NCBI GenBank assembly: GCA_905182585.1
Contig: CAJJCC010000028.1
Span: 1 to 56,386 of the forward strand
From: an uncultured Flavobacteriales bacterium
GTDB taxonomy: Bacteria > Bacteroidota > Bacteroidia > Flavobacteriales_C > GCA-002722245
Direction of reading: 5' to 3'
Length of the DNA stretch: 56,386 bases
Positions 9,037 through 17,680 of this stretch are shown here, one piece after another; positions within the stretch are counted from its first letter, which is position 1, and each line of letters starts with the position of its first letter. Under the pieces are notes generated by a model that had not been told where the DNA came from, did not search any database, and worked only from the letters and a program-made list of their open reading frames with translations. Position numbers and translations under genes: made by a program.

Positions 9037-9885
9037 TTAATTCATTTTTTTTAATTGGAGCTTGCGTAGCGCTTTTTGGAGTTTGAAACTATAAAGGTAA
9101 TTATCTCTGTTATTTTTATTTTCTTCAGCAATAAATACTTCACCAAATGAATTTATACAAACACCTTCTTTTCGGCTCTTTTTGAAGGTTAAAATTTGTA
9201 TTGACGCTACCGGTTGGAAATAGTTTTTAATGACGTATAAGGCCTTTTTTGACAGCAATAGAAGGTTTTCACCATCGGTTGTTAAAGTTGCCGATGTTAT
9301 CCAGCCGTTTGTTAATATAGAATCTTTTAAAACTGCGGTATAGTTTCCGGGAGCAGCTGGGATTTTGTAGATTTTTGTTTGTTTAGATTTTGATCTGTTT
9401 TTGGAAAAAAAGTGTAAAGAATGGTTTGTCCAAATCATAGATTCGCAATCGAAATCTAATTTACCTCCTGCAGGCGAAAAGCTGCTTTGATTTTCATACT
9501 TAAAGTTAATGACTTGAGGTGTTATGGTATCGTATGAAAGTTGTTCGTACGGAAGAATGTAAATTTTTAAATCAACTCTTTTATTTTCATTGTTTCCGAA
9601 GTCACCTATGTATATATTTCCCTGATCATCTTTTGTTAAATCTTCCCAATCGATGTTTCCTCCTCTAACATAGATCGAATGGATAATACTTCCTGTGTGA
9701 TCCAACTTGTAAATTATGGGGTCATTTCCACTATCGTTAATCAACCAGAAATCATTGTTTAAACTAATAATCCCTGAAGCTTCGGGTAACTCTGAAGGTA
9801 TTTGGAAAGTTTGTCGCAAGTTTACTTGTGCTCTTGTAAGTACCGAAATCATAATGAATAATATGAGGCTTATTTCCTTTTTCAT
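9037..9885 (-). CDS. Secreted beta-propeller-like protein (SdiA-regulated/phytase-like type), function unknown
   Basis: Signal peptide; EASG..NDSGN, DWED..YIGDFGNN, FDCES motifs typical of a widespread Bacteroidota family. Confidence 0.65.
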   Translation of the reverse strand: MKKEISLILFIMISVLTRAQVNLRQTFQIPSELPEASGIISLNNDFWLINDSGNDPIIYKLDHTGSIIHSIYVRGGNIDWEDLTKDDQGNIYIGDFGNNENKRVDLKIYILPYEQLSYDTITPQVINFKYENQSSFSPAGGKLDFDCESMIWTNHSLHFFSKNRSKSKQTKIYKIPAAPGNYTAVLKDSILTNGWITSATLTTDGENLLLLSKKALYVIKNYFQPVASIQILTFKKSRKEGVCINSFGEVFIAEENKNNRDNYLYSFKLQKALRKLQLKKMN

Positions 9886-10163
9886 TTTATGATTAATTTA
9901 TTTGAAAGTTTAAATTTAGCGCCATCAATTTGTATAATATACAATCCTTGGTTTAAAAAAGGGAATTTGAAGAGTAGTTTTTTATAACCACTATTGCTTC
10001 AGTTTAGGATGAAGGTGCTATTATTACTAGGTGGAGACGGAAATACTTCTAGTTGATTCGTAAAATCAGTTAAGCGATCAAAACAGGCAGATATGTGCGC
10101 ATCTGAATCAAGCCCGATGTATAAATTTTCGATGCAATAAATGAAATCGGTCTTATGTATAAT
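9882..10163 (-). pseudogene. Remnant of a T9SS type-A C-terminal-domain cargo gene
   Basis: One frame reads ...NQLEVFPSPPSNNSTFILN*SNSGYKKLLFKFPFLNQGLYIIQIDGAKFKLSNKLIIK*. Internal TGA at 10001-9999. The final TGA overlaps the ATG at 9885 (ATGA). Confidence 0.65.
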
Positions 10164-10190
10164 TCAGTATTTAAATTCAATTTTTTTTGC

Positions 10191-10218
10191 AATAACTCTT
10201 TATAAGAGTTATTTTTTT
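10191..10218 (+). terminator. Perfect 10-bp inverted repeat followed by a T tract (terminator-like or operator)
   Basis: AATAACTCTT-TAT-AAGAGTTATT then TTTTT. AT-rich stem, no + strand gene directly upstream. Confidence 0.35.
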
Positions 10219-10716
10219 ATTAAAGTAAACTCCACCCCAAGTGCGGTCGCTGAGGATTTACTAACGTTTTTATGTCATTATAAAGTACTGTTTCCCTAAG
10301 TATTAAAACCCCCGATCATGTTAGGAGGCATAAGTTAGAGTGTTTGATTTTTCTGAATATTGTATCGTTCTTATGAAAACGTGTTGTGCACTAAATCTTT
10401 ATGGCTATTGATGATATATCATTTGGAATGATATATTTTAGAGTAATTGAGGAGCATGTTCAAGTATTTCCCTCTTAATTTAGAATATTAGGGCTTTTCC
10501 TATAAAAGCGTTGAATTTTCTGTAAAAGTGGTATTAGCAAAAACACCTTATCTGAGCTGAAGTATTTAATTCTATAAATTAACTCAGATTCTCATTTGTA
10601 CGATTTAAAACTAAATTGATGTGTTTTTGATGATTGTTTTTCACCTCTTTTAGTGATTGCGATTGGCTTAACAAAAACTCAACTTTGTTTCGGACAGTAA
10701 ACTTTAAAAAGTTAAG

Positions 10717-11034
10717 ATGAGTTGTAAATATCAAAAAATTTCTTCTAACGAGGTTGGAAGCGTTATTAGTTGTACAGGTTGTGATGAATTAATTATAGGA
10801 ATTGAAACGGTTATGCTAAAACTATCAGTAGCAAATTCGAAGTGTTTTATGAAATTATTAAAAGCGTCTGCCTTAAAGGCTCATAAAAATAAAAACGATA
10901 AGATTTTGTTGGAAACACAATTCGACAATTTGTTTATCACGTTTAATTATCGGGAACTCCAAAAGAGTATTGAGCTATTAGAGTTTGCTTTTTTAAGAAT
11001 GGAAATTAATTCACTTTTACAAGTTAGAATTTAA
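10717..11034 (+). CDS. Small Cys-containing hypothetical protein (DUF6686-like)
   Basis: 105 aa, N-terminal Cys plus CTGC motif, ATG with A-rich leader. Family name is from recalled resemblance only. Confidence 0.55.
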   Translation: MSCKYQKISSNEVGSVISCTGCDELIIGIETVMLKLSVANSKCFMKLLKASALKAHKNKNDKILLETQFDNLFITFNYRELQKSIELLEFAFLRMEINSLLQVRI

Positions 11035-14000
11035 GTCCCATTACAAGAACATCATCAACTTGTTCGTGTTTTCCCATCCATTCTTTTAAACGGTCGTCAA
11101 GAACTGCTTTTTGATCCATCATGTTTGCATCTGAGGAACCAATTAACATATCTTTCATTACTCTAGTTTTGAATTTCTTGTTTTTAGGTCCACCAAACTG
11201 ATCAGGATAGCCATCTGAAAACATATAGAAATTATCACCTTCTTGGTAATTAATCGTCGTTAACTCAAAATCCTTAACGGGAACGTCTTTGAACCCAATC
11301 GACATTTTAGTTGCTTTGTACTCCGTTAATTCGTTGTCTCTGATTAAGTAGAGTGGACGATAAGCCCCAGCAAATTCTATCGTCTTCTCTTCTGTACAAA
11401 TGGTGATTAAGCTAATATCCATTCCATCATTTGTTTCAGATTCACTGTTTTCAAAAGCAGTTAAAATACCTTGATCTAGTAAATTTAATATAGTTGCAGG
11501 ATTAGTGATTTTGTTTCCTCCAACAATTTCATTTAACAGTGCAATCCCAATCATACTTGTTAATGCTCCAGGAACACCATGCCCAGTACAATCGGCACAA
11601 GCAATTACAAACTTAGTTTCTACTTTACGATACCAATAAAAATCTCCAGAAACAATGTCCCGGGGAAGATGATAAATAAATGAATTTGGAAAAACATCTT
11701 TTAATTCTTGAACGGTAGGGAATGAAGCTTTTTGGATTGTTAATGCATAACGAATACTTGAATTTAAATCGTTGTTTTTTTGTTCGACCTCCTTGTTGAT
11801 CGAAATCATTTCAAGGTTTACTAATTTTAATTCTTTGTTTTTATCACCTACTTCTTGAGTTCTCTCTTTAACCTTCTCTTCTAATAGCTCTCGTTCTGCC
11901 TTTAGTGTTCCTTCTCTTCGTTTAATGAACGCTACTATGGATACTACAATGACGAGAATAACAACTATTATAAACCAAATTTCTTGCCAAAACGGTGGAG
12001 ATACAATGAAGCAGAATGTAGAAGGGGTTTCCTCGTTACAAATATCATCCTTATTACAGGCATAGACTTCAAATGTATATTCGCCAGGAGGTAATTTGGT
12101 GTATTTAGCCTTTAATGAATTTTCAGATGTTAACTTTTTATCTTCATAGCCTTTTAAGTACCAGAAGTATTGAGTGCTTTTAGGGTTGTCGTGGTTTATG
12201 CCAACAAACTCTATAGTAATGGAAGAAGAGTCATAGGGGAGAACTAGGTTTTTAGGCATTCCATTCCAAGGTTCAATATTATAATTTCGTTTTCTCCAAT
12301 CCGTTTTTTCATTGTTAAATTTTAAGCCAGTAAAATAAGTTTGTGGTTCAATGTCACTTGAGTGATCAACACTTCTGTCATGCTTAATTGCTCCTTTGTT
12401 TGTTCCAAACCATAAGTTTCCATCAAAATCTTCACAAACAGCATTACCGTTAATTTCCCCTCCAATTATTCCGTCTGATTTCCCAAAGTGTTTTATTTCC
12501 GAAATATATTCTCCCGTTTGTCGGGTGATTTGAGGAGGGTTGAAACTTATACGATCTAATCCTTTGTCGGATCCCGCCCATAATTGATTGTCCTCATCAA
12601 AAATTAGCATTTTAATGTTATTTGAACTTAATCGGGAATTGTTCATATCAAATGTGATATACGTATTGTGGCTTTCGTCGAATTTTGTAATTCCTTTTTT
12701 AGTTCCGATGAAGATATTTCCTCTAGGCCCTTTAACCATACAGTTTACAAAATTGGATGCGATTAAATCATCTTCTTCTGTTAAATATCCAAACTCAATT
12801 CCGTTAAACCAGTTAATCCCTCCGCCTTGAGTTCCAATCCAAAGCTTTCCGCTCTTATCTTGAACAATGGATGAGATTCTACCTTGATTCATCCCGTCTA
12901 TCATACGGTAGAACTTGAATTTCCCATCAATTAATTTTCCTAAGCCACCTTCAGTCCCAACCCAAATATTGTTTTCGTTATCTTCAAAAACACAAGTGAC
13001 TGGGTTAACAACTCCATCAGCAATAGAGTATACTTTTTCAATTTCTCCGTCTACAATCTTAGCAAGTCCAATTAAGGTTCCAACCCAAATATTTTCATCT
13101 TTGTCTTCATATACTGTAGTTGTGTAGTCAACCGGTAATCCAGATTTTTTATTGTAAATCTTAAAGGAGTCAATTCCATTATATCGAATTAATCCTCCTC
13201 TTGTTGCAAACCAATAATTATCTTCTGAATCTTGTAGAATACCGTTAATTTTTTCATTTTCCAAGCCTTCTTTCTCTCCGAAATAAGTAAATGAAATTCC
13301 TTTGAATTTGTTAATTCCTCCTCCTTTGGTTCCAACCCAAATGTTATCGTTTTTGTCTTCAAGTATACTGAGGACAATATCTTCACTTAAACCTTTGTCT
13401 GTATTATAAATCTTATATTCAAAAGTATTAATGTTTAATCGGACAACACCATTTCTGGAAGTTCCAATCCACATATTATTATTTTTGTCTTCTTCTAATG
13501 TTAATGCTGCGTCGATCGGAAAACCATTTTTCTTATTATAATTTTTAAAGCGTTCGCCATTAAATTGACTCAACCCTGAGGAGGTTGCTAGCCAAATATC
13601 TCCATTTACATCTTCATGTAAATCATAAATATTACGACCTTCTAAGCCGTCTTTTTTACTGTAGGTTTTTAAGTTTCCGTTAAATATTTCAGCTAAACCT
13701 TGATTCGTTGCTACATAGATTTTAGCATCGGGGGTTTCAATTACTTTATTTACGGATACATTGCTTGAGCCACCAAAATCGATGTTATAAGGAACAAATT
13801 CAGCTTTTTCTTTAGCGAAATTATCAAGCATGCAAAGTCCACCATATTGTGTTCCAATCCATAATCGGCCAAACGCATCTTCACACACTGATTTAATAAT
13901 GTTGTTCGGAAGTCCGTCTTCCTGAGTATAGGTTCTAAAGTCTTTGCCATCATAAACGGTAAGGCCTTTATGCGTTCCAATCCAAATATGTCCTTTTACA

Positions 14001-14251
14001 TCTTCGTAAAGACTGTAAATTATGTTTGAAGGAAGTCCTGATTCGGAATTAATATATTCGAAGTTAACACCATTATAAATGGTTATTCCTTGTTGAGTTG
14101 CCATCCAGATAGCACCTCTTTTATCTTGAATTAAATCGTGAACATCATTTTGAGAAAGTCCGTCTTCTACCGTTAGGTTAAGGAAGTGGTAACTCTGGCC
14201 AATTGTGGCAAGGCTAATAAATAGTAGGACAAGTAGTGATAATTTTCTCAT
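11024..14251 (-). CDS. Membrane sensor phosphatase: Reg_prop beta-propellers + Y_Y_Y + TM + coiled coil + SpoIIE/PP2C domain
   Basis: Repeated ED..G.IWIGT..GL blades, YTKLPPGEYTFEV, PPFWQ-TM, then PRDIVSGDFYW, ADCTGHGVPGA, DGMDI, FSDGYPDQFGG, QVDDV. Confidence 0.92.
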   Translation of the reverse strand: MRKLSLLVLLFISLATIGQSYHFLNLTVEDGLSQNDVHDLIQDKRGAIWMATQQGITIYNGVNFEYINSESGLPSNIIYSLYEDVKGHIWIGTHKGLTVYDGKDFRTYTQEDGLPNNIIKSVCEDAFGRLWIGTQYGGLCMLDNFAKEKAEFVPYNIDFGGSSNVSVNKVIETPDAKIYVATNQGLAEIFNGNLKTYSKKDGLEGRNIYDLHEDVNGDIWLATSSGLSQFNGERFKNYNKKNGFPIDAALTLEEDKNNNMWIGTSRNGVVRLNINTFEYKIYNTDKGLSEDIVLSILEDKNDNIWVGTKGGGINKFKGISFTYFGEKEGLENEKINGILQDSEDNYWFATRGGLIRYNGIDSFKIYNKKSGLPVDYTTTVYEDKDENIWVGTLIGLAKIVDGEIEKVYSIADGVVNPVTCVFEDNENNIWVGTEGGLGKLIDGKFKFYRMIDGMNQGRISSIVQDKSGKLWIGTQGGGINWFNGIEFGYLTEEDDLIASNFVNCMVKGPRGNIFIGTKKGITKFDESHNTYITFDMNNSRLSSNNIKMLIFDEDNQLWAGSDKGLDRISFNPPQITRQTGEYISEIKHFGKSDGIIGGEINGNAVCEDFDGNLWFGTNKGAIKHDRSVDHSSDIEPQTYFTGLKFNNEKTDWRKRNYNIEPWNGMPKNLVLPYDSSSITIEFVGINHDNPKSTQYFWYLKGYEDKKLTSENSLKAKYTKLPPGEYTFEVYACNKDDICNEETPSTFCFIVSPPFWQEIWFIIVVILVIVVSIVAFIKRREGTLKAERELLEEKVKERTQEVGDKNKELKLVNLEMISINKEVEQKNNDLNSSIRYALTIQKASFPTVQELKDVFPNSFIYHLPRDIVSGDFYWYRKVETKFVIACADCTGHGVPGALTSMIGIALLNEIVGGNKITNPATILNLLDQGILTAFENSESETNDGMDISLITICTEEKTIEFAGAYRPLYLIRDNELTEYKATKMSIGFKDVPVKDFELTTINYQEGDNFYMFSDGYPDQFGGPKNKKFKTRVMKDMLIGSSDANMMDQKAVLDDRLKEWMGKHEQVDDVLVMGLKF

Positions 14252-14326
14252 TTCCGAATAATCCTTCCTGTTACGACAGAATCGATAATTTGTTCCTTTA
14301 AAAGTAACAAGTTTACGTTAGGTATA

Positions 14327-14362
14327 AAATAAAAGAGGTATCATAGGATACCTCTTTTATTT
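14327..14362 (-). terminator. Intrinsic terminator after gltA (bidirectional-type)
   Basis: AAATAAAAGAGGTATC-ATAG-GATACCTCTTTTATTT, a perfect 16-bp inverted repeat 18 nt past the stop. Confidence 0.85.
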
Positions 14363-14380
14363 CTCGAATTAAACCTTATT

Positions 14381-15667
14381 TTATCTTTTCTCAGCAGCAA
14401 CAAATGATCTTTCCTTTTCTCCTATATAAATTTGGCGAGGACGACCAATTGGCTCTTTGTTTCCGATCATTTCTTTCCATTGTGCAATCCATCCTGGAAG
14501 TCTTCCTAATGCGAACATTACAGTAAACATTTCAGTTGGTATCCCTAATGCTTTGTAGATGATTCCTGAGTAGAAATCAACGTTAGGATATAAGTTTCTT
14601 GCTTTGAAGTATTCGTCATTTAAAGCAACTTCTTCAAGTTGTTTAGCAATTTCAATTAAAGGATCATTAATTCCTAATTTTGATAATACATCATCAGCAG
14701 CTTTTTTAATGATTTTAGCTCTTGGGTCGAAGTTTTTATAAACTCTATGCCCAAATCCCATTAACCTAAATGGATCATTTTTATCTTTTGCTTTGTTTAT
14801 CCAATCCTCTAATGGAGAACCATCTGCATGAATAGATTCTAACATTTCAATTACAGCTTGGTTAGCACCACCATGAAGAGGACCCCATAATGCAATAACT
14901 CCTGCAGAGATTGATGAGTATAAATTGGCGTGAGATGAACCAACGATTCTTACAGTAGATGCAGAACAGTTTTGCTCATGATCAGCGTGTAAGATTAACA
15001 ACTTATTTAATGCGTCAGAAACAACAGGATCGATTTTGTAATCTTCTGATGGTAAACTGAACATCATATTTAAGAAGTTGTCTCCGTAACTTAACTCATT
15101 CTTAGGGTAAACAACTGGATGACCAACGAAGTTCTTGTAGGCCCAAGCAGCAATTGTTGGTAATTTAGCTAATAATCTGAAAATTGTTAATTCAATTTCC
15201 TCTTCAGTTCTATTCGGATTTTGTGAATCTGGGTAGAATGTAGAAAGGGAACATAATAATGAAGCAACGATACCCATTGGGTGTGCCTTTGAAGGATAAG
15301 CTTCAAAGAATCGCTTCATGTCTTCATGAATTAATGTATGATTAGTAATTTCACCTTCAAACTCGCTTAATTGAGCTGTAGTTGGTAATTCACCGTTTAT
15401 TAATAAGTAAGAAACTTCCATGAAAGAAGCTTTTTCAGCTAACTCTTCAATTGAGTAACCCCTATATCTTAAAATTCCGTTTTCACCATCAAGGTAAGTA
15501 ACTGCACTTTTTGTAGCACCAGTATTTTTAAATCCTGAATCAAGAGTAATTGCACCAGACAATGCTCTTAATTTTGTGATATCAATTCCTTTTTCGTCTT
15601 CTGTTCCTGTAATAACTGGTAGTTCGTATGATTTCCCGCTAATCTTTACCTCTGCGAATTCTTCCAT
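14381..15667 (-). CDS. gltA: Citrate synthase (type II)
   Basis: TYLDGENGILRYRGY, ILHADHEQNCS, GPLHGGAN, GFGHRVYKNFDPRA, YPNVDFYSG. Confidence 0.97.
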   Translation of the reverse strand: MEEFAEVKISGKSYELPVITGTEDEKGIDITKLRALSGAITLDSGFKNTGATKSAVTYLDGENGILRYRGYSIEELAEKASFMEVSYLLINGELPTTAQLSEFEGEITNHTLIHEDMKRFFEAYPSKAHPMGIVASLLCSLSTFYPDSQNPNRTEEEIELTIFRLLAKLPTIAAWAYKNFVGHPVVYPKNELSYGDNFLNMMFSLPSEDYKIDPVVSDALNKLLILHADHEQNCSASTVRIVGSSHANLYSSISAGVIALWGPLHGGANQAVIEMLESIHADGSPLEDWINKAKDKNDPFRLMGFGHRVYKNFDPRAKIIKKAADDVLSKLGINDPLIEIAKQLEEVALNDEYFKARNLYPNVDFYSGIIYKALGIPTEMFTVMFALGRLPGWIAQWKEMIGNKEPIGRPRQIYIGEKERSFVAAEKR

Positions 15668-15807
15668 GGATATGTTTTTTTTGGATTTAACAATTGTGCA
15701 TCATAAATATAGTAAAGAAAACGCGCTCATTGAAGACATTGAATAAAAAAATTGCACGAATTTATAACTTTTATAAATTCTTTTCGTACAAATCCGCGAA
15801 AGGCGTT

Positions 15808-16347
15808 ATGAAGAACATTAATTCACAGTTTGCTTACGAGACACATCAGCTTATGGAAGGCGGAGACGTTAGGCTATCCTTTTCTGGAGAATTCTCACCA
15901 GACTTGATTACCGTATTACTTTTAATGGCCAAAAGCAATATTGGTGATAAATCAGTTATGAAAAAGGTTTACAACGTAATGATTGAGTGTTTGGAGAATT
16001 TAACAAAGCATTCCTTAAAAATAGAAGGCGATCAGTTCCCTGCTATGTTTTTATTAGGAAAAGATGACGACTATTATTATTTGGCTACAGGAAATAAGAT
16101 AGCGAGTAATGGAGTTAAAGGATTGGAAAACAAGCTAATAAAAATTAATTCTTTAGATAAAAAGGGATTGATGGTTTGGTATAATGAAATATTAACTTCG
16201 GATACAAGCTTCTCTTCTAAAGGTGGAGCTGGATTAGGTATTATTGATATGGCGTTGAAAAGTGGAAATAAATTTGAATATAGTTTTAATCAAATTGATG
16301 ATTCTAATTCGTTTTTTACATTGAAAGTTAAAGTAGAACAGGAGTAA
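15808..16347 (+). CDS. siaB: SiaB family protein kinase (DUF6272, GHKL/SpoIIAB-like)
   Basis: KKVYNVMIECLENLTKH, ATGN, KGGAGLGIIDMALKSG, FFTLKV motifs. Start revised to ATG 15808. Followed by a SiaC-like gene. Confidence 0.85.
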   Translation: MKNINSQFAYETHQLMEGGDVRLSFSGEFSPDLITVLLLMAKSNIGDKSVMKKVYNVMIECLENLTKHSLKIEGDQFPAMFLLGKDDDYYYLATGNKIASNGVKGLENKLIKINSLDKKGLMVWYNEILTSDTSFSSKGGAGLGIIDMALKSGNKFEYSFNQIDDSNSFFTLKVKVEQE

Positions 16348-16348
16348 G

Positions 16349-16730
16349 ATGGAGTCACTTAGAATTAAAAAAGGAGATACTACTCCCAAGTTAGATTTTG
16401 ATCTTGATAAAATGGAATTTTCACTTGAAGGTGAAAGTCGTTCAGAAGACGTTCTTACTTTTTACGAACCAATTATCAAGTGGCTAGACAACTTTAAAGA
16501 ATGGTTCTTCCAAAAAATTGGAGTTTCAATTTAAATTCGAATATTATAACTCATCGTCTGCTAAATTCATGTTTAGCATCTTTAAAAGATTAAAGGAAAT
16601 GCAAGTCAAAGGACTTGAAATCACGATGTTTTGGTTTTATGATGTTTCGGATGAAGATTTATTATAATATGGAGAAGAGTATGAAAAAGTACTAGGTTTT
16701 AAATTCGAATATATTGCATTACAGGATTAG
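16349..16730 (+). pseudogene. siaC: SiaC (DUF1987) family phosphoprotein, disrupted by a frameshift and a nonsense codon
   Basis: Frame 1 gives TPKLDF..SLEGESRSED..FYEPIIKWL. The +1 frame from about 16497 gives FKFEYYNSSSAKF...WFYDVSDEDLL*YGEEYEKVLGFKFEYI, with TAA at 16665-16667 and the natural TAG at 16728-16730. Confidence 0.85.
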
Positions 16731-17680
16731 TTCGCAATCCAATACTCTATTTTATCCGCTAAAACATTACTTAATTTAAAATGAGATTCGTACGTCCAAC
16801 CAGCTATATGGGGACTGAAAATTACATTTTCAGCTTTGCCTAAATACCGAAGAGCCTCTGACGATTCAATATCAGGAACAGTTTCAAAGGATACGGATTC
16901 ATATTCAAGTACATCTAAACAAGCACCAATAATTTTTTTGGATTTTAATCCATTAACAAGATCCGTTGTGTTTACATTAAATCCACGCGCGGTATTAATC
17001 AAAATAAATGCTTTTTTAAACGACTGTATAAATTGATGATTGACTAAATATTTATTGTCGGTGTGATAATTTGTATGGATACTAAGTATATCTGCTTTAG
17101 CGTAAATTTCTTCTAAAGTTGCCTCTTTAACAAATTCATCAGAGAAATTTGTTTTGAATTTATCATACGCTAATACTGTAACATCAAATCCTTTTAACCG
17201 TTGGGCAAAAGCGTTTGCCATTACACCATACCCCATAAGTGCAATTGTTTTCCCTTTTAATTCAAAACCTCTGTTTTCTGCTCTTATCCACACGCCTTCG
17301 CGCACTTGTTGATCTACTCTTTTCAGATGGTTGTTGAGCATAAGTAACATACCCATTGCGTGTTCTGCTACAGCGTCTCTATTTCCTTCTGGAGAACTGA
17401 ATACATGAATGTTGTTTTTTGAACAAAAATCTAAATCTATATTTTCTAATCCCGAACCAGCTCGTGCAATGAATTTTAAATTCCTGCATTTACTTAGTAT
17501 TTCAGCAGTTAATTTAATTTTTGATCGTATAACGATACCTTCATATTGATCAAGTAGTGGGCTTATGTCGTTTGCGTTGAGATGGGTTTTATCATGGCAT
17601 TCCCAATTCATTTTGATTAGTCGTTCAAATAAGATTTGATGAACGGAATCAACAAAAATCACTCGGCCCAAAGGTGTCAT
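16727..17680 (-). CDS. D-isomer-specific 2-hydroxyacid dehydrogenase (phosphoglycerate dehydrogenase-like)
   Basis: IARAGSGLENID, EGNRDAVAEH, GYGVMA, INTARG, LDVLEYE, SPHIAG motifs. Confidence 0.9.
   Translation of the reverse strand: MTPLGRVIFVDSVHQILFERLIKMNWECHDKTHLNANDISPLLDQYEGIVIRSKIKLTAEILSKCRNLKFIARAGSGLENIDLDFCSKNNIHVFSSPEGNRDAVAEHAMGMLLMLNNHLKRVDQQVREGVWIRAENRGFELKGKTIALMGYGVMANAFAQRLKGFDVTVLAYDKFKTNFSDEFVKEATLEEIYAKADILSIHTNYHTDNKYLVNHQFIQSFKKAFILINTARGFNVNTTDLVNGLKSKKIIGACLDVLEYESVSFETVPDIESSEALRYLGKAENVIFSPHIAGWTYESHFKLSNVLADKIEYWIAN

Noticed and set aside
9999-10001. In-frame TGA as selenocysteine or alternative genetic code
   Set aside because: TGA is used as a normal stop by intact genes here (e.g. 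mgtE, MBOAT), and other lesions in the window are TAA.
9995-10110. Cluster of small hairpins as a riboswitch or ncRNA
   Set aside because: Stems are only about 5 bp, match no riboswitch consensus I recognise, and the region is better explained by the minus-strand T9SS remnant.
12400-14200. Recurring GTTCCAATCCA/AACCCAAAT motifs as a DNA repeat family
   Set aside because: They encode the WIGT/WVGT blades of the beta-propeller and are protein-level repeats.
16490-16505. Programmed ribosomal frameshift in siaC at TTT-AAA-G
   Set aside because: The downstream frame also contains a premature TAA at 16665, so recoding alone would not give a full product; pseudogene is simpler.
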